A DNA stretch of 64,000 nucleotides from Clostridia bacterium (GTDB taxonomy: Bacteria; Bacillota; Clostridia; Christensenellales; CAG-138), in NCBI GenBank assembly GCA_017428025.1, contig JAFRRO010000021.1, positions 11,752-75,751 of the forward strand, written 5' to 3'. The notes beneath the pieces were generated by a model. That model was not told the DNA's origin. It did not search any database and saw only the letters and a program-made list of their open reading frames with translations. The translations under genes and the position numbers were made by a program. Positions 63,794 to 64,000 of the stretch are shown piece by piece (the stretch's first letter is position 1; each line of letters begins with the position of its first letter).

Positions 63794-63823
63794 GAGGTTC
63801 TCCGAAAAGAGGACCTCTTTTTT
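63794..63823 (+). terminator. Intrinsic terminator after the antiporter gene
   Basis: GAGGTTCTC-cgaaaa-GAGGACCTC (9 bp, one G-U pair) followed by tttttt. Confidence 0.8.
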
Positions 63824-63917
63824 CAAACGTTTTTTCTGCTTTTAGTCTCGTATAAGGTTCGCGGGGTATGCTGTACGCAGAAAAGGGCGGGACGCCCTTG
63901 ACGGAAAGGAGCATCAC

Positions 63918-64000
63918 ATGAAACGCAAACGCATCATTTCGATTCTTTCCCTTCTTTTGGGGATTCTTCTGCTGCTCGGCTGCACGGGCAAAAACAACGC
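63918..64000 (+). CDS. Lipoprotein, 5' end only (runs off the right edge)
   Basis: MKRKRIISILSLLLGILLLLGCTGKNN: signal peptide with lipobox LLLGC, GGAAAGGAG RBS. Confidence 0.6.
   Translation, partial: MKRKRIISILSLLLGILLLLGCTGKNN

Noticed and set aside
1-64000. tRNA, rRNA or other standard RNA genes
   Set aside because: None of the intergenic regions longer than 150 nt shows cloverleaf-type conserved blocks or rRNA-like sequence. They are occupied by promoters, terminators and repeat elements. This was a scan by eye, so a small RNA could have been missed.

Overview
A 64 kb high-GC chromosomal segment. Gene content and a crt-hbd-bcd-etfBA butyrate operon suggest a Clostridia (Oscillospiraceae-like) butyrate producer; that assignment is inference only. 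About 50 real genes are tightly packed, and the many long R/A/G-rich ORFs antisense to them are shadow ORFs.

Gene content from left to right:
- A secreted GH5 glycanase cut by the window edge and missing from the ORF track, an esterase, and a short pyruvate-kinase paralog.
- A rhamnoside utilisation operon on the minus strand (GH3, GPH symporter, GH78 rhamnosidase, rhaB, rhaA, rhaD) with a divergent AraC regulator.
- A small kinase-like/GNAT/secreted PIG-L deacetylase operon.
- A pyrG-glnA-glmS operon behind a consensus promoter and a leader terminator.
- MATE pumps, peptidases (M20, M42, M28), an orphan ABC-type ATPase and ybaK.
- A cell-envelope cluster: 4xSH3b protein, MBOAT, DHHW, TPR/RCC1 protein, cohesin/FN3 protein.
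- The butyrate operon, a DMT transporter, tsaD, a DUF1461-like membrane protein, a nucleoside-kinase-like protein, a CBS pyrophosphatase, and a CaCA antiporter behind a candidate Mn2+ (yybP-ykoY-like) riboswitch.

The most interesting locus is a two-gene cassette at 50.2-55.1 kb. The first gene encodes an N-terminal TIR domain, a single TM helix, a coiled coil and a large beta-propeller. The second encodes an HD phosphohydrolase fused to RyR-like repeats. I do not recognise this pairing as a described system, and it looks like a nucleotide-signalling or defence-type module.

A second theme is a family of hairpin-forming REP/MITE-like elements. They are scattered in intergenic regions, expanded into a 5 x 55 bp tandem array, and embedded in frame in coding sequences (rhaB and the DUF1461-like gene).

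I saw no rRNA, tRNA, CRISPR, transposase or integrase. All calls come from reading the sequence and translations by eye; no searches were run.
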